Shown: positions 1 through 15,794, numbered from the stretch's first letter. The stretch is 64,000 nt of DNA from Escherichia coli (GCF_024502345.1 NZ_JALDNN010000001.1); one strand, 5' to 3'. The notes: a model not told the origin generated them from the letters alone. Translations and numbers: made by a program.

Positions 1-316
1 GATCCATTTCATACTCTTCTTTATTTCTTCGTTTTTACCCTTCCTTTCTTGTTCTTGTTTTCATTTCCGTGAAGTGGATTCCACCGTCCAGGGCTAATGC
101 CAAAATCGGGCCTCATTGAACGCATTAATGTTGTGTTGTTGCACGGTGAGCCGCTATGGCGCGCTTTTTATACTGCTATTGCCAGATATAAACACGCGCC
201 GTATTCGGCGAACGACCTATAAAAACGGCAAAAAACACCCTACGTCACCTCTGATTTCCTGGCGATGTCGCAGTCCAGAGTGAGCGTGGCTAACGCGAAT
301 TTTCAGGAGTGCAACA

Positions 317-1669
317 ATGAGTTCTTTAAGTCAGGCTGCGAGCAGTGTGGAAAAACGCACGAATGCTCGTTACTGGATAGTGGTGATGTTGTTTATCGTC
401 ACATCCTTCAACTACGGCGACCGCGCTACGCTTTCTATTGCTGGTTCGGAAATGGCCAAAGATATCGGCCTTGATCCCGTGGGAATGGGCTATGTGTTCT
501 CTGCCTTCTCATGGGCTTATGTTATCGGGCAGATCCCTGGTGGTTGGTTGCTGGATCGTTTTGGTTCAAAACGCGTCTACTTCTGGTCGATCTTTATCTG
601 GTCGATGTTTACCTTGCTGCAAGGCTTCGTCGATATCTTTAGTGGATTCGGCATTATCGTTGCCCTGTTTACGCTGCGCTTCCTGGTCGGGCTTGCTGAA
701 GCGCCATCTTTCCCCGGCAACAGTCGCATTGTTGCGGCCTGGTTTCCGGCGCAGGAAAGGGGAACGGCGGTGTCGATTTTTAACTCCGCTCAATACTTCG
801 CAACGGTGATCTTCGCGCCGATTATGGGCTGGCTGACGCATGAAGTGGGCTGGTCACACGTCTTCTTCTTTATGGGCGGTCTGGGGATTGTCATCAGCTT
901 TATCTGGTTGAAAGTCATCCACGAGCCAAATCAACATCCGGGGGTAAATCAGAAAGAGCTGGAGTACATCGCCGCGGGTGGCGCGCTGATCAATATGGAT
1001 CAGCAAAACACCAAAGTTAAAGTGCCGTTCAGCGTGAAGTGGGGGCAGATCAAACAGCTGCTCGGGTCACGGATGATGATCGGCGTTTATATCGGTCAGT
1101 ACTGTATCAACGCCCTGACTTACTTTTTCATTACCTGGTTTCCGGTTTATCTGGTGCAGGCGCGTGGGATGTCGATTCTGAAAGCGGGCTTTGTGGCTTC
1201 CGTTCCGGCGGTTTGCGGTTTTATCGGCGGTGTGCTGGGTGGGATTATTTCCGACTGGCTGATGCGCCGCACGGGATCGCTGAACATTGCGCGTAAAACA
1301 CCGATCGTAATGGGCATGTTGCTGTCGATGGTGATGGTGTTCTGCAACTACGTCAACGTTGAGTGGATGATCATCGGCTTTATGGCGCTGGCCTTCTTCG
1401 GTAAGGGCATCGGGGCGCTGGGTTGGGCAGTAATGGCAGATACCGCGCCAAAAGAGATCAGCGGTCTTTCCGGTGGCCTGTTCAACATGTTCGGTAACAT
1501 TTCTGGCATCGTCACGCCAATCGCAATTGGTTATATCGTTGGCACGACTGGCTCCTTTAATGGGGCGCTGATTTATGTTGGTGTTCATGCCTTAATCGCG
1601 GTACTGAGCTACCTGGTGCTGGTGGGCGATATCAAGCGTATCGAGCTGAAACCTGTCGCGGGGCAATAA
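317..1669 (+). CDS. gudP: MFS transporter, glucarate/galactarate permease
   Basis: 450-aa ORF with multi-pass hydrophobic MFS profile, directly upstream of two enolase-superfamily dehydratase genes as in the gud operon. Confidence 0.85.
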   Translation: MSSLSQAASSVEKRTNARYWIVVMLFIVTSFNYGDRATLSIAGSEMAKDIGLDPVGMGYVFSAFSWAYVIGQIPGGWLLDRFGSKRVYFWSIFIWSMFTLLQGFVDIFSGFGIIVALFTLRFLVGLAEAPSFPGNSRIVAAWFPAQERGTAVSIFNSAQYFATVIFAPIMGWLTHEVGWSHVFFFMGGLGIVISFIWLKVIHEPNQHPGVNQKELEYIAAGGALINMDQQNTKVKVPFSVKWGQIKQLLGSRMMIGVYIGQYCINALTYFFITWFPVYLVQARGMSILKAGFVASVPAVCGFIGGVLGGIISDWLMRRTGSLNIARKTPIVMGMLLSMVMVFCNYVNVEWMIIGFMALAFFGKGIGALGWAVMADTAPKEISGLSGGLFNMFGNISGIVTPIAIGYIVGTTGSFNGALIYVGVHALIAVLSYLVLVGDIKRIELKPVAGQ

Positions 1670-1670
1670 G

Positions 1671-3011
1671 ATGACGACACAATCCAGTCCTGTTATTACT
1701 GATATGAAAGTCATTCCGGTCGCCGGGCACGATAGCATGTTGCTTAATATTGGTGGGGCACATAACGCATATTTCACCCGCAATATTGTGGTACTCACCG
1801 ATAACGCCGGGCATACCGGCATTGGTGAAGCGCCGGGCGGAGAGGTGATTTATCAAACACTGGTCGATGCTATTCCGATGGTTCTGGGCCAGGAAGTTGC
1901 GCGCCTGAATAAAGTGGTTCAGCAGGTGCATAAAGGTAATCAGGCAGCCGATTTTGATACCTTCGGCAAAGGTGCCTGGACTTTTGAATTGCGCGTTAAT
2001 ACCGTGGCGGCGCTGGAAGCCGCCTTGCTTGACCTGCTAGGTAAGGCGCTGAATGTTCCGGTCTGCGAACTGTTGGGGCCAGGCAAGCAACGCGAGACTA
2101 TTACCGTCCTCGGTTATCTGTTTTATATCGGTGATCGGACCAAAACCGATCTTCCTTATCTGGAAAATACGCCGGGCAACCATGAGTGGTATCAGTTGCG
2201 CCATCAGAAAGCGATGAACAGCGAAGCCGTTGTGCGTCTGGCGGAAGCCTCACAGGATCGCTATGGCTTTAAAGATTTCAAACTTAAGGGCGGGGTGTTA
2301 CCTGGCGAGCAAGAAATCGACACTGTTCGTGCATTGAAGAAACGCTTCCCTGATGCGCGGATTACCGTTGATCCCAACGGTGCCTGGCTGCTTGATGAAG
2401 CCATTTCTCTATGCAAAGGGCTGAATGATGTTCTTACCTATGCCGAAGATCCATGCGGCGCAGAACAGGGTTTCTCCGGTCGTGAAGTTATGGCGGAGTT
2501 TCGGCGGGCGACCGGCTTGCCCGTCGCGACTAACATGATCGCCACCAACTGGCGCGAAATGGGTCATGCGGTGATGCTCAATGCGGTAGATATTCCACTT
2601 GCCGATCCGCACTTCTGGACGCTTTCCGGTGCAGTCCGTGTGGCGCAGCTTTGCGACGACTGGGGGCTGACCTGGGGCTGCCATTCTAATAACCATTTCG
2701 ATATCTCTCTGGCGATGTTTACCCATGTGGGCGCGGCGGCACCGGGTAATCCTACCGCTATCGATACCCACTGGATTTGGCAGGAGGGCGATTGTCGCCT
2801 GACCAAAAATCCGCTGGAGATTAAAAACGGAAAAATTGCCGTTCCTGATGCGCCCGGTCTGGGCGTGGAACTGGACTGGGAACAGGTACAAAAGGCACAT
2901 GAGGCCTATAAACGTCTGCCTGTCGGTGCGCGTAACGACGCAGGTCCGATGCAGTACCTGATCCCCGGCTGGACCTTTGACCGTAAACGTCCCGTTTTCG
3001 GCCGTCATTGA
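1671..3011 (+). CDS. gudX: glucarate dehydratase-related protein (enolase superfamily)
   Basis: 446-aa ORF, paralogous to the next ORF (shared N-terminal [10 protein letters not shown] and C-terminal [11 protein letters not shown] blocks); gene order. Confidence 0.85.
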   Translation: MTTQSSPVITDMKVIPVAGHDSMLLNIGGAHNAYFTRNIVVLTDNAGHTGIGEAPGGEVIYQTLVDAIPMVLGQEVARLNKVVQQVHKGNQAADFDTFGKGAWTFELRVNTVAALEAALLDLLGKALNVPVCELLGPGKQRETITVLGYLFYIGDRTKTDLPYLENTPGNHEWYQLRHQKAMNSEAVVRLAEASQDRYGFKDFKLKGGVLPGEQEIDTVRALKKRFPDARITVDPNGAWLLDEAISLCKGLNDVLTYAEDPCGAEQGFSGREVMAEFRRATGLPVATNMIATNWREMGHAVMLNAVDIPLADPHFWTLSGAVRVAQLCDDWGLTWGCHSNNHFDISLAMFTHVGAAAPGNPTAIDTHWIWQEGDCRLTKNPLEIKNGKIAVPDAPGLGVELDWEQVQKAHEAYKRLPVGARNDAGPMQYLIPGWTFDRKRPVFGRH

Positions 3012-3031
3012 TTCTGAAAAAGGACATAAAT

Positions 3032-4372
3032 ATGAGTTCTCAATTTACGACGCCTGTTGTTACTGAAATGCAGGTCATCCCGGTGGCGGGTCATGACAGT
3101 ATGCTGATGAATCTGAGTGGTGCACACGCACCGTTCTTTACGCGTAATATTGTGATTATCAAAGATAATTCTGGTCACACTGGCGTAGGGGAAATTCCCG
3201 GCGGCGAGAAAATCCGTAAAACGCTGGAAGATGCGATTCCGCTGGTGGTAGGTAAAACGCTGGGTGAATACAAAAACGTTCTGACGCTGGTGCGTAATAC
3301 TTTTGCCGATCGTGATGCTGGTGGGCGCGGTTTGCAGACATTTGATTTGCGTACCACTATTCATGTAGTTACCGGGATAGAAGCGGCAATGCTGGATCTG
3401 CTGGGGCAGCATCTGGGGGTAAACGTGGCATCCCTGCTGGGCGATGGTCAACAGCGTAGCGAAGTCGAAATGCTCGGTTATCTGTTCTTCGTCGGTGATC
3501 GCAAAGCCACACCGCTGCCGTATCAAAGCCAGCCGGATGACTCATGCGACTGGTATCGCCTGCGTCATGAAGAAGCGATGACGCCGGATGCGGTGGTGCG
3601 CCTGGCGGAAGCGGCGTATGAAAAATATGGCTTCAACGATTTCAAACTGAAAGGCGGTGTACTGGCCGGGGAAGAAGAGGCCGAGTCTATTGTGGCACTG
3701 GCGCAACGCTTCCCGCAGGCGCGTATTACGCTCGATCCTAACGGTGCCTGGTCGCTGAACGAAGCGATTAAAATTGGTAAATACCTGAAAGGGTCGCTGG
3801 CTTATGCAGAAGATCCGTGTGGTGCGGAGCAAGGTTTCTCCGGGCGTGAAGTGATGGCAGAGTTCCGTCGCGCAACTGGCCTGCCGACCGCAACCAATAT
3901 GATCGCCACCGACTGGCGGCAGATGGGCCATACGCTCTCCCTGCAATCCGTTGATATCCCGCTGGCGGATCCGCATTTCTGGACGATGCAAGGTTCGGTA
4001 CGTGTGGCGCAAATGTGCCATGAATTTGGCCTGACCTGGGGTTCACACTCAAACAACCACTTCGATATTTCCCTGGCGATGTTTACCCATGTTGCCGCCG
4101 CTGCACCGGGTAAAATCACCGCGATTGATACGCACTGGATTTGGCAGGAAGGCAATCAGCGCTTGACCAAAGAACCGTTTGAGATCAAAGGCGGTCTGGT
4201 TCAGGTGCCGGAAAAACCGGGGCTGGGTGTAGAAATCGATATGGATCAAGTGATGAAAGCCCATGAGCTGTATCAGAAACACGGGCTTGGCGCGCGTGAC
4301 GATGCGATGGGAATGCAGTATCTGATTCCTGGCTGGACGTTTGATAACAAGCGCCCGTGCATGGTGCGTTAA
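3032..4372 (+). CDS. gudD: glucarate dehydratase
   Basis: Start taken at internal ATG ([10 protein letters not shown]), giving 446 aa; enolase-superfamily motifs; the track ORF begins 24 nt upstream. Confidence 0.85.
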   Translation: MSSQFTTPVVTEMQVIPVAGHDSMLMNLSGAHAPFFTRNIVIIKDNSGHTGVGEIPGGEKIRKTLEDAIPLVVGKTLGEYKNVLTLVRNTFADRDAGGRGLQTFDLRTTIHVVTGIEAAMLDLLGQHLGVNVASLLGDGQQRSEVEMLGYLFFVGDRKATPLPYQSQPDDSCDWYRLRHEEAMTPDAVVRLAEAAYEKYGFNDFKLKGGVLAGEEEAESIVALAQRFPQARITLDPNGAWSLNEAIKIGKYLKGSLAYAEDPCGAEQGFSGREVMAEFRRATGLPTATNMIATDWRQMGHTLSLQSVDIPLADPHFWTMQGSVRVAQMCHEFGLTWGSHSNNHFDISLAMFTHVAAAAPGKITAIDTHWIWQEGNQRLTKEPFEIKGGLVQVPEKPGLGVEIDMDQVMKAHELYQKHGLGARDDAMGMQYLIPGWTFDNKRPCMVR

Positions 4373-4495
4373 GACAGAAAACCAAAACCGGCTCTATCTG
4401 GAGCCGGCTTGAGACTGATGCTAAACGCAAAATAGCCTGTTGTGCTATGTATCAGGTCTACATCATTTTTTAATTCATTGAATTTAATTGGTTTT

Positions 4496-4529
4496 GTAGG
4501 CCGGATAAGGCGTTAACGCCGCATCCGGC
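4496..4529. repeat. REP (repetitive extragenic palindrome) element
   Basis: gtaggccggataaggcgttaacgccgcatccggc, an imperfect palindrome of REP type in the convergent gudD/barA intergenic region. Confidence 0.6.
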
Positions 4530-4603
4530 ATAAACACAGGCACTTTGTCACCAATCTGAAACCAGCGTCATAAAAAGCCGATTGCTACTCGACAAGACGT
4601 CCG

Positions 4604-7360
4604 TTACCCGAGAATTTTGCTGGCTTCGCGCGCGACATTATCCATCTCGTCCAACAGTTCCAGCAGCTCCGGCTCCAAATCTTCTTCTTTAGTACCGCTA
4701 CGTAGCTGTTGTTCGATCAGTTGGCAGAGATTCTTCATACGCGGCACACCGCTATAGCCGCAACTGCCATGCAGTTTATGAATCAAATCAACCAGGCCTT
4801 CCGGGTTTTCTCCAACCAGCTGCTCCTCAACTTTGTTGCGAACTTCAGGCAGGAAATCGAGTAACATTTGCAGCATATCGCGCGCTAAATCGGTTTTTCC
4901 TGCTGCCTGGCGTAGTGCCAGTTGCCAGTCGAGGGTCGCATTCGGGTTCACCACAATTTCGTTGACTTCGGGCGTCACGACGCGAGACGAAATACCGCTG
5001 CCAGGCTTGTAGCGCAACAACAAATTATGCAATCGCTCTTCTTCAATCGGTTTCGCCAGATAATCGCTCATCCCTGCGCCAAGCAGCTTCTCTTTTTGCC
5101 CGGCCATTGCATGCGCCGTTACCGCGATAACCGGCGTTTGTTGCTGATGGGGGAGCTGGTGGATGAGCTCGCAGGCCCGAATGCCATCCATGTCAGGCAT
5201 TTGAATATCCATTAAGATCAAATCGAACGGCATCTGTTTCGCCCGTTCAACCGCCTGATGCCCGCTATCGCAAAGTTCCATATGTTGCACCATATCTTCC
5301 AGCAATGCGCCGATAAGTTTCAGGTTAGCGGGGTTGTCATCAACTGCCATGACTGTCATTGCCAGCTTGCTTTCATCGGTTACAGGCAAAAGCGTGTTTT
5401 GTTTGTGATGACAAAATTCCGTCAGGGCAGGCAACAGGCGCGTAGGTGTTAATGGTTTCAGCAGACACGCGCCGATACCATCTTGCTTGAGTTTTTCTGC
5501 ATTGACTTGTGCATGGCAAGGAAGTGCCAGCATCAGGAAATCGGTCATCGATACCGCTTTCGCTAATCGCTCATGTTGCATTGTTAGCGGCTCGCGGAAG
5601 GTCACCGCGATGCCTAACAACATCATGTCGTAATGCGCGGGAGGCAGCGCGGAGAACGTTGGGCTATAAACCACTTCCAGCGGCGTTTCACTTAAAATAT
5701 CCAGCGTGCATTGCGCTGCTGCGGAGTTTGGTTCGACATAGGCCAGGCGCTTACCGGCGAGGCACTGGGTGGATGGCCCTTCGATAATAATGTTCGGGTT
5801 CAGATCGAGATTAATGTGGAACCAGAAAGTTGAACCGCGATTCGGCTGGCTATGGAACGAAATATCGCCGCCCATTTCATTAACCAGTTTTTGTGTAATC
5901 ACCAGCCCCAGACCGGTGCCACCATGACGGCGGGAAATACTGGCATCAGCCTGTCGGAAGGCCTGGAATAAGCGCGATTGATCGCGTTCAGGAATACCAA
6001 TGCCGGTATCCCGAATCTGCACTTCAATCTGCACTTTGGTATTACTCAGCGCACGTTTTTCTACCAGAATATCAATGTTGCCATTCTCGGTGAATTTAAT
6101 TGCATTCCCCACCAGGTTAGTGATGATTTGCTGTAATCGCAGTGGGTCGCCGATCACGTTATCAGGCACGTCGCTTTTAATATTGAGCGTCAGTTCCAAC
6201 CCTTTATCGTGAGAAGAATGTGCCAGCAGAGTAACGACTTCATCCAGCGTGCTGCGTAGTGGGAATGGAATACTTTCCAGAATCAGCTTACCTGCTTCCA
6301 GTTTCGAGAAGTCGAGAACATCATTAATAATTGCCAGCAAATTATTTGCCGAACGTTCAATCGTATTCAGGTGATCGCGCTGCGTTGGTGTTAATTCTGT
6401 TTTCAGCGTCAGGCGGGTAAAGCCAATAACACCATTCAGTGGTGTACGCAGCTCGTGTGACATATTTGCCAGAAACTCGGATTTAATACGCGCCGCTTCC
6501 TGGGCGCGCTTTTTCGCCAGATCTAACTCAACGTTCTGAATTTCCATCTGCTCCAGCGTTTCACGCAGATCGGACGTCGCCTGGTCGATATTGTGCTGCA
6601 TCTCTTCGTGATAAGCAGCCAGCGACATTGCCATCGAGTTGATACCGTTTTTCAGCATATCCAGCTCGCCGAGCATAAATCCTTCCACCCGGCTGTCGAG
6701 TTGCCCGCGACGGATGCGGTCGACGGTATTCACCATGTTGCGAATCGGACCGGTTACATCGCGCATTAAGCGCCAGCCAAAAATAAGCGCAATACCGATA
6801 CAAAACAGCATCATCACGCTGGAAATAAAGATCTCTTTATATTGCTGCAAGCGAACCGATTTAAGATCCAGCTCCAGCGCAATATATCCCAACATATTTT
6901 GACTATTTTTGGCATCGCTACTGGGCGATTCGTCGGGGGAGTAACTCTCAGAAATAATCGGCGTGCGGAGGATCATAATATCGCCGTCACGAGTGACAGT
7001 GAGCTGGCGAGGAAACGGCACGTTGCTGCCGAGCTGCATTGATGAGGGATCAAGATGAAAATTGGAGGTGACAAAGAGTCGGTTATTTTCATCATAAACC
7101 GAAATCGCGCGAACAATATCGGAATGGCGACGATGCAGTACGCTTATTAACTGACCGATAGATTCGCGATTTTGCAGGCTCATGCCATATTCAGTAGAAA
7201 CTGCAAGCGGCTCAATAATGCTGGCACCGGCATCTTCCAGTTGACGCTGCAAGTCGTTATAGCGATGCACGACGAAAAAGATACTCAGCAATAAACCAAT
7301 AAGGACGGTCGGTGCCAGGATCAGAATCATCATGCGTGCGCGCAGGCTGTAGTTGGTCAT
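4604..7360 (-). CDS. barA: hybrid sensor histidine kinase BarA
   Basis: 918-aa ORF with N-terminal transmembrane segments, HAMP, HisKA (SHELRTPLN), HATPase, receiver and HPt regions. Confidence 0.93.
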   Translation of the reverse strand: MTNYSLRARMMILILAPTVLIGLLLSIFFVVHRYNDLQRQLEDAGASIIEPLAVSTEYGMSLQNRESIGQLISVLHRRHSDIVRAISVYDENNRLFVTSNFHLDPSSMQLGSNVPFPRQLTVTRDGDIMILRTPIISESYSPDESPSSDAKNSQNMLGYIALELDLKSVRLQQYKEIFISSVMMLFCIGIALIFGWRLMRDVTGPIRNMVNTVDRIRRGQLDSRVEGFMLGELDMLKNGINSMAMSLAAYHEEMQHNIDQATSDLRETLEQMEIQNVELDLAKKRAQEAARIKSEFLANMSHELRTPLNGVIGFTRLTLKTELTPTQRDHLNTIERSANNLLAIINDVLDFSKLEAGKLILESIPFPLRSTLDEVVTLLAHSSHDKGLELTLNIKSDVPDNVIGDPLRLQQIITNLVGNAIKFTENGNIDILVEKRALSNTKVQIEVQIRDTGIGIPERDQSRLFQAFRQADASISRRHGGTGLGLVITQKLVNEMGGDISFHSQPNRGSTFWFHINLDLNPNIIIEGPSTQCLAGKRLAYVEPNSAAAQCTLDILSETPLEVVYSPTFSALPPAHYDMMLLGIAVTFREPLTMQHERLAKAVSMTDFLMLALPCHAQVNAEKLKQDGIGACLLKPLTPTRLLPALTEFCHHKQNTLLPVTDESKLAMTVMAVDDNPANLKLIGALLEDMVQHMELCDSGHQAVERAKQMPFDLILMDIQMPDMDGIRACELIHQLPHQQQTPVIAVTAHAMAGQKEKLLGAGMSDYLAKPIEEERLHNLLLRYKPGSGISSRVVTPEVNEIVVNPNATLDWQLALRQAAGKTDLARDMLQMLLDFLPEVRNKVEEQLVGENPEGLVDLIHKLHGSCGYSGVPRMKNLCQLIEQQLRSGTKEEDLEPELLELLDEMDNVAREASKILG

Positions 7361-7416
7361 GGAGTTCCGTTATGGGACAATTAAGGTCACACTGTTAAAT
7401 TGAGAAAGTCTCGCCA

Positions 7417-8718
7417 ATGGCGCAATTCTACTCTGCAAAACGACGCACGACGACGCGTCAGATCATAACCGTTTCAGTCAACGACCTCGACTCTTTTGGT
7501 CAGGGCGTGGCGCGACATAACGGCAAAACGTTATTTATCCCCGGATTATTGCCGCAGGAAAACGCGGAAGTTGCTGTTACTGAAGATAAAAAACAGTATG
7601 CCCGCGCTAAAGTCGTACGCCGGTTAAGCGATAGCCCGGAACGCGAAACGCCACGCTGTCCTCATTTTGGCGTATGCGGCGGCTGTCAGCAACAACACGC
7701 CAGCGTGGATTTACAGCAGCGAAGCAAAAGTGCGGCACTCGCCCGATTAATGAAACACGATGTCTCTGAAGTGATCGCCGATGTTCCCTGGGGCTATCGC
7801 CGCCGCGCGCGTTTAAGTCTGAACTACTTACCGAAAACACAGCAACTTCAGATGGGGTTTCGCAAAGCGGGCTCCAGTGACATTGTCGACGTTAAACAAT
7901 GCCCCATTTTAGTGCCCCAACTTGAAGCATTGCTGCCCAAAGTCAGGCCATGCCTGGGCAGCTTACAAGTTATGCGCCATCTTGGTCATGTTGAACTGGT
8001 ACAGGCAACCAGCGGCACGCTGATGATTTTGCGCCATACCGCACCGCTAAGTTCGGCAGATCGCGAAAAACTGGAACGCTTTTCGCATTCTGAAGGCCTG
8101 GATCTGTATCTCGCCCCCGATAGTGAGATACTCGAAACCGTCTCTGGTGAGATGCCCTGGTATGACTCAAACGGGTTGCGCTTAACTTTTAGCCCGCGCG
8201 ATTTTATTCAGGTCAATGCGGGTGTGAACCAAAAAATGGTAGCGCGTGCGTTGGAATGGCTGGATGTGCAACCTGAAGATCGCGTACTGGATCTGTTCTG
8301 CGGTATGGGCAACTTTACACTGCCATTGGCGAAACAAGCAGCCAGTGTGGTCGGTGTAGAAGGTGTTCCGGCGCTGGTGGAAAAAGGCCAGCAGAATGCG
8401 CGTCTTAATGGTTTACAGAATGTGACGTTTTATCACGAAAATCTTGAAGAAGATGTCACAAAGCAGCCGTGGGCGAAAAACGGCTTCGATAAAGTGTTGC
8501 TGGACCCGGCGCGAGCAGGTGCCGCAGGTGTTATGCAGCAAATTATAAAACTGGAACCTATTCGTATAGTTTATGTATCCTGTAACCCTGCAACGCTGGC
8601 TCGGGATAGCGAAGCGTTATTAAAAGCAGGATATACCATTGCGCGACTGGCGATGCTGGATATGTTCCCACACACGGGACATCTGGAATCGATGGTACTT
8701 TTCTCGCGCGTTAAATAG
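7417..8718 (+). CDS. rlmD: 23S rRNA (uracil1939-C5)-methyltransferase
   Basis: 433-aa ORF with N-terminal TRAM-like region, CxxC cluster and SAM-methyltransferase fold motif ([10 protein letters not shown]); divergent from barA. Confidence 0.9.
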   Translation: MAQFYSAKRRTTTRQIITVSVNDLDSFGQGVARHNGKTLFIPGLLPQENAEVAVTEDKKQYARAKVVRRLSDSPERETPRCPHFGVCGGCQQQHASVDLQQRSKSAALARLMKHDVSEVIADVPWGYRRRARLSLNYLPKTQQLQMGFRKAGSSDIVDVKQCPILVPQLEALLPKVRPCLGSLQVMRHLGHVELVQATSGTLMILRHTAPLSSADREKLERFSHSEGLDLYLAPDSEILETVSGEMPWYDSNGLRLTFSPRDFIQVNAGVNQKMVARALEWLDVQPEDRVLDLFCGMGNFTLPLAKQAASVVGVEGVPALVEKGQQNARLNGLQNVTFYHENLEEDVTKQPWAKNGFDKVLLDPARAGAAGVMQQIIKLEPIRIVYVSCNPATLARDSEALLKAGYTIARLAMLDMFPHTGHLESMVLFSRVK

Positions 8719-8765
8719 TTACGATTTGCCGATTTCGGCAGGTCTGGTCCCTAAAGGAGAGGACA

Positions 8766-11000
8766 ATGGTTGCGGTAAGAAGTGCACATATCAATAAGGC
8801 TGGTGAATTTGATCCGGAAAAATGGATCGCAAGTCTGGGTATTACCAGCCAGAAGTCGTGTGAGTGCTTAGCCGAAACCTGGGCGTATTGTCTGCAACAG
8901 ACGCAGGGGCATCCGGATGCCAGTCTGTTATTGTGGCGTGGTGTTGAGATGGTGGAGATCCTCTCGACATTAAGTATGGACATTGACACGCTGCGGGCGG
9001 CGCTGCTGTTCCCTCTGGCCGATGCCAACGTAGTCAGCGAAGATGTGCTGCGTGAGAGCGTCGGTAAGTCTGTCGTTAACCTTATTCACGGCGTGCGTGA
9101 TATGGCGGCGATCCGCCAGCTGAAAGCGACGCACACTGATTCTGTTTCCTCCGAACAGGTCGATAACGTTCGCCGGATGTTATTGGCGATGGTCGATGAT
9201 TTTCGCTGCGTGGTCATCAAACTGGCGGAGCGTATTGCTCATCTGCGCGAAGTAAAAGATGCGCCGGAAGATGAACGCGTACTGGCGGCAAAAGAGTGCA
9301 CCAATATCTACGCGCCGTTGGCGAACCGTCTTGGGATTGGGCAACTGAAATGGGAGCTGGAAGATTACTGCTTCCGTTATCTGCACCCGACCGAATACAA
9401 ACGCATCGCAAAACTGCTGCATGAACGCCGTCTCGACCGCGAACACTATATCGAAGAGTTTGTCGGTCATCTGCGCGCTGAGATGAAAGCTGAAGGCGTT
9501 AAAGCTGAAGTGTATGGCCGTCCGAAACACATCTACAGCATCTGGCGCAAAATGCAGAAAAAGAACCTCGCCTTCGATGAGCTGTTTGATGTGCGTGCGG
9601 TACGTATTGTCGCCGAGCGTTTACAGGATTGTTATGCCGCACTGGGGATAGTGCACACTCACTATCGCCACCTGCCGGATGAGTTTGACGATTATGTCGC
9701 TAACCCGAAACCAAACGGTTATCAGTCTATTCATACCGTGGTTCTGGGGCCAGGTGGCAAAACCGTTGAGATCCAAATCCGCACCAAACAGATGCATGAA
9801 GATGCAGAGTTGGGTGTTGCTGCGCACTGGAAATATAAAGAGGGCGCGGCAGCTGGCGGCGCACGTTCGGGACATGAAGACCGGATTGCCTGGCTGCGTA
9901 AACTGATTGCGTGGCAGGAAGAGATGGCTGATTCCGGCGAAATGCTCGACGAAGTACGCAGCCAGGTCTTTGACGACCGGGTGTATGTCTTTACGCCGAA
10001 AGGTGATGTCGTTGATTTGCCTGCGGGATCAACGCCGCTGGACTTCGCTTACCACATCCACAGTGATGTCGGACACCGCTGCATCGGGGCAAAAATTGGC
10101 GGGCGCATTGTGCCGTTCACCTACCAGCTGCAGATGGGCGACCAGATTGAAATTATCACCCAGAAACAGCCGAACCCCAGCCGTGACTGGTTAAACCCAA
10201 ACCTCGGTTACGTCACAACCAGCCGTGGGCGTTCGAAAATTCACGCCTGGTTCCGTAAACAGGACCGTGACAAAAACATTCTGGCTGGGCGGCAAATCCT
10301 TGACGACGAGCTGGAACATCTGGGGATCAGCCTGAAAGAAGCAGAAAAACATCTGCTGCCGCGTTACAACTTTAATGATGTCGACGAGTTGCTGGCGGCG
10401 ATTGGTGGCGGGGATATCCGTCTCAATCAGATGGTGAACTTCCTGCAATCGCAATTTAATAAGCCGAGTGCCGAAGAGCAGGACGCCGCCGCGCTGAAGC
10501 AACTTCAGCAAAAAAGCTACACGCCGCAAAACCGCAGTAAAGATAACGGTCGCGTGGTAGTCGAAGGTGTTGGCAACCTGATGCACCACATCGCGCGCTG
10601 CTGCCAGCCGATTCCTGGAGATGAGATTGTCGGCTTCATTACCCAGGGGCGCGGTATTTCAGTACACCGCGCCGATTGCGAACAACTGGCGGAACTGCGC
10701 TCCCATGCGCCAGAACGCATTGTTGACGCGGTATGGGGTGAGAGCTACTCCGCCGGATATTCGCTGGTGGTCCGCGTGGTGGCTAATGATCGTAGTGGGT
10801 TGTTACGTGATATCACGACCATTCTCGCCAACGAGAAGGTGAACGTGCTTGGCGTTGCCAGCCGTAGCGACACCAAACAGCAACTGGCGACCATCGACAT
10901 GACCATTGAGATTTACAACCTGCAAGTGCTGGGGCGCGTGCTGGGTAAACTCAACCAGGTGCCGGATGTTATCGACGCGCGTCGGTTGCACGGGAGTTAG
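8766..11000 (+). CDS. relA: GTP pyrophosphokinase (ppGpp synthetase I)
   Basis: 744-aa ORF with RelA/SpoT synthetase domain and C-terminal TGS/ACT regions; position upstream of mazEF. Confidence 0.93.
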   Translation: MVAVRSAHINKAGEFDPEKWIASLGITSQKSCECLAETWAYCLQQTQGHPDASLLLWRGVEMVEILSTLSMDIDTLRAALLFPLADANVVSEDVLRESVGKSVVNLIHGVRDMAAIRQLKATHTDSVSSEQVDNVRRMLLAMVDDFRCVVIKLAERIAHLREVKDAPEDERVLAAKECTNIYAPLANRLGIGQLKWELEDYCFRYLHPTEYKRIAKLLHERRLDREHYIEEFVGHLRAEMKAEGVKAEVYGRPKHIYSIWRKMQKKNLAFDELFDVRAVRIVAERLQDCYAALGIVHTHYRHLPDEFDDYVANPKPNGYQSIHTVVLGPGGKTVEIQIRTKQMHEDAELGVAAHWKYKEGAAAGGARSGHEDRIAWLRKLIAWQEEMADSGEMLDEVRSQVFDDRVYVFTPKGDVVDLPAGSTPLDFAYHIHSDVGHRCIGAKIGGRIVPFTYQLQMGDQIEIITQKQPNPSRDWLNPNLGYVTTSRGRSKIHAWFRKQDRDKNILAGRQILDDELEHLGISLKEAEKHLLPRYNFNDVDELLAAIGGGDIRLNQMVNFLQSQFNKPSAEEQDAAALKQLQQKSYTPQNRSKDNGRVVVEGVGNLMHHIARCCQPIPGDEIVGFITQGRGISVHRADCEQLAELRSHAPERIVDAVWGESYSAGYSLVVRVVANDRSGLLRDITTILANEKVNVLGVASRSDTKQQLATIDMTIEIYNLQVLGRVLGKLNQVPDVIDARRLHGS

Positions 11001-11012
11001 GCCGAAATTTGC

Positions 11013-11060
11013 TCGTATCTACAATGTAGATTGATATATACTGTATCTACATATGATAGC
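11013..11060 (+). promoter_or_regulatory. mazEF promoter/operator region with alternating palindrome
   Basis: tctacaatgtaga ... tatctacatat inverted repeats immediately upstream of the mazE start. Confidence 0.45.
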
Positions 11061-11077
11061 GGTTTGAGGAAAGGGTT

Positions 11078-11326
11078 ATGATCCACAGTAGCGTAAAGCG
11101 TTGGGGAAATTCACCGGCGGTGCGGATCCCGGCTACGTTAATGCAGGCGCTCAATCTGAATATTGATGATGAAGTGAAGATTGACCTGGTGGATGGCAAA
11201 TTAATTATTGAGCCAGTGCGTAAAGAGCCCGTATTTACGCTTGCTGAACTGGTCAACGACATCACGCCGGAAAACCTCCACGAGAATATCGACTGGGGAG
11301 AGCCGAAAGATAAGGAAGTCTGGTAA
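11078..11326 (+). CDS. mazE: type II antitoxin MazE
   Basis: 82-aa ORF ([18 protein letters not shown]...), AbrB/SpoVT fold, overlapping the mazF start. Confidence 0.95.
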
Positions 11327-11661
11327 TGGTAAGCCGATACGTACCCGATATGGGCGATCTGATTTGGGTTGATTTTGACCCGACAAAAGGTAGCGAGCAA
11401 GCTGGACATCGTCCAGCTGTTGTCCTGAGTCCTTTCATGTACAACAACAAAACAGGTATGTGTCTGTGTGTTCCTTATACAACGCAATCAAAAGGATATC
11501 CGTTCGAAGTTGTTTTATCCGGTCAGGAACGTGATGGCGTAGCGTTAGCTGATCAGGTAAAAAGTATCGCCTGGCGGGCAAGAGGAGCAACGAAGAAAGG
11601 AACAGTTGCCCCAGAGGAATTACAACTCATTAAAGCCAAAATTAACGTACTGATTGGGTAG
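11326..11661 (+). CDS. mazF: type II toxin MazF, mRNA interferase
   Basis: 111-aa ORF ([19 protein letters not shown]...), PemK/MazF family, start overlaps the mazE stop. Confidence 0.95.
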   Translation: MVSRYVPDMGDLIWVDFDPTKGSEQAGHRPAVVLSPFMYNNKTGMCLCVPYTTQSKGYPFEVVLSGQERDGVALADQVKSIAWRARGATKKGTVAPEELQLIKAKINVLIG

Positions 11662-11731
11662 TGTTACTAACTCACTTCTATTCTGGTCACAGGTTTCCAC
11701 CTGATAGACCCGCAATTTTCAGGACAATTCA

Positions 11732-12523
11732 ATGAATCAAATCGACCGTTTGCTCACTATTATGCAGCGCCTGCGCGATCCGGAAAACGGCTGCCCGTGG
11801 GATAAAGAGCAGACATTTGCCACCATTGCGCCTTACACCCTTGAAGAAACCTACGAAGTGCTGGACGCCATCGCCCGTGAAGATTTTGACGATCTTCGCG
11901 GTGAACTGGGCGATCTGCTATTCCAGGTGGTGTTTTACGCGCAAATGGCTCAGGAAGAAGGGCGCTTTGACTTTAATGATATTTGCGCTGCTATTAGCGA
12001 TAAATTAGAGCGTCGCCATCCGCATGTTTTTGCTGATAGTTCTGCCGAAAACAGTAGTGAAGTGCTTGCCCGTTGGGAGCAAATCAAAACCGAAGAGCGC
12101 GCGCAGAAAGCGCAGCATTCGGCGCTGGACGATATTCCTCGTAGTTTACCGGCTTTAATGCGTGCGCAAAAAATCCAGAAACGTTGCGCCAACGTTGGCT
12201 TCGATTGGACGACGCTTGGTCCGGTAGTCGATAAAGTCTACGAAGAGATCGACGAGGTGATGTACGAAGCGCGGCAGGCTGTTGTCGACCAGGCTAAACT
12301 GGAGGAGGAAATGGGGGACCTGCTGTTTGCCACGGTCAATCTGGCTCGTCATTTAGGGACAAAAGCGGAAATCGCATTGCAAAAAGCGAACGAAAAATTT
12401 GAGCGTCGTTTTCGCGAAGTGGAGCGTATTGTTGCCGCGCGTGGACTGGAAATGACAGGTGTTGACCTCGAAACAATGGAAGAAGTCTGGCAACAGGTAA
12501 AACGGCAGGAAATTGATCTCTAA
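11732..12523 (+). CDS. mazG: nucleoside triphosphate pyrophosphohydrolase MazG
   Basis: 263-aa ORF with tandem MazG domains, downstream of mazEF. Confidence 0.9.
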   Translation: MNQIDRLLTIMQRLRDPENGCPWDKEQTFATIAPYTLEETYEVLDAIAREDFDDLRGELGDLLFQVVFYAQMAQEEGRFDFNDICAAISDKLERRHPHVFADSSAENSSEVLARWEQIKTEERAQKAQHSALDDIPRSLPALMRAQKIQKRCANVGFDWTTLGPVVDKVYEEIDEVMYEARQAVVDQAKLEEEMGDLLFATVNLARHLGTKAEIALQKANEKFERRFREVERIVAARGLEMTGVDLETMEEVWQQVKRQEIDL

Positions 12524-12735
12524 GGGAATTACGCGGTCAAGCGCCATTTGTGTCATTTTTTAAATGACAAGCGCTTGATTTGCGTCAAAAACATTTACCC
12601 CAAAGGGGCTATTTTCTCACTCCTGATTTCAATAGTGCGCTGGCGAAGAGGAGGGATAATGAAAGTTTGTGGCACAGGTCATGTTCGGGTATACTGCTTT
12701 CCCGTCCTGGTTATTCCATCGTCTTTTCAACCTAA

Positions 12736-14388
<1,653 letters not shown>

Positions 14389-14407
14389 GTAAAAAAGTTA
14401 GAACGGC

Positions 14408-14438
14408 AACGCGTACCCTGGGTACGCGTTGTTTGTCT
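14408..14438 (+). terminator. stem-loop between pyrG and eno (partial terminator or processing site)
   Basis: aacgcgtacc / ggtacgcgtt 10-bp stem followed by gtttgtctgg. Confidence 0.5.
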
Positions 14439-14460
14439 GGAGTTTCAGTTTAACTAGTGA

Positions 14461-15774
<1,314 letters not shown>

Positions 15775-15794
15775 GACTGACTTTATCTGATTTA

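Noticed and set aside
1-75. Polypyrimidine tract (about 90 percent C/T on the plus strand) at the window start
   Set aside because: Considered as a possible triplex-forming or regulatory element upstream of gudP, but the window begins mid-feature, so I cannot place it in context.
4388-4408. Hairpin ccggctc-tatctg-gagccgg just after gudD
   Set aside because: Stem is present but the plus-strand 3' flank lacks a U-tract; possibly a terminator for minus-strand transcripts, not called with confidence.
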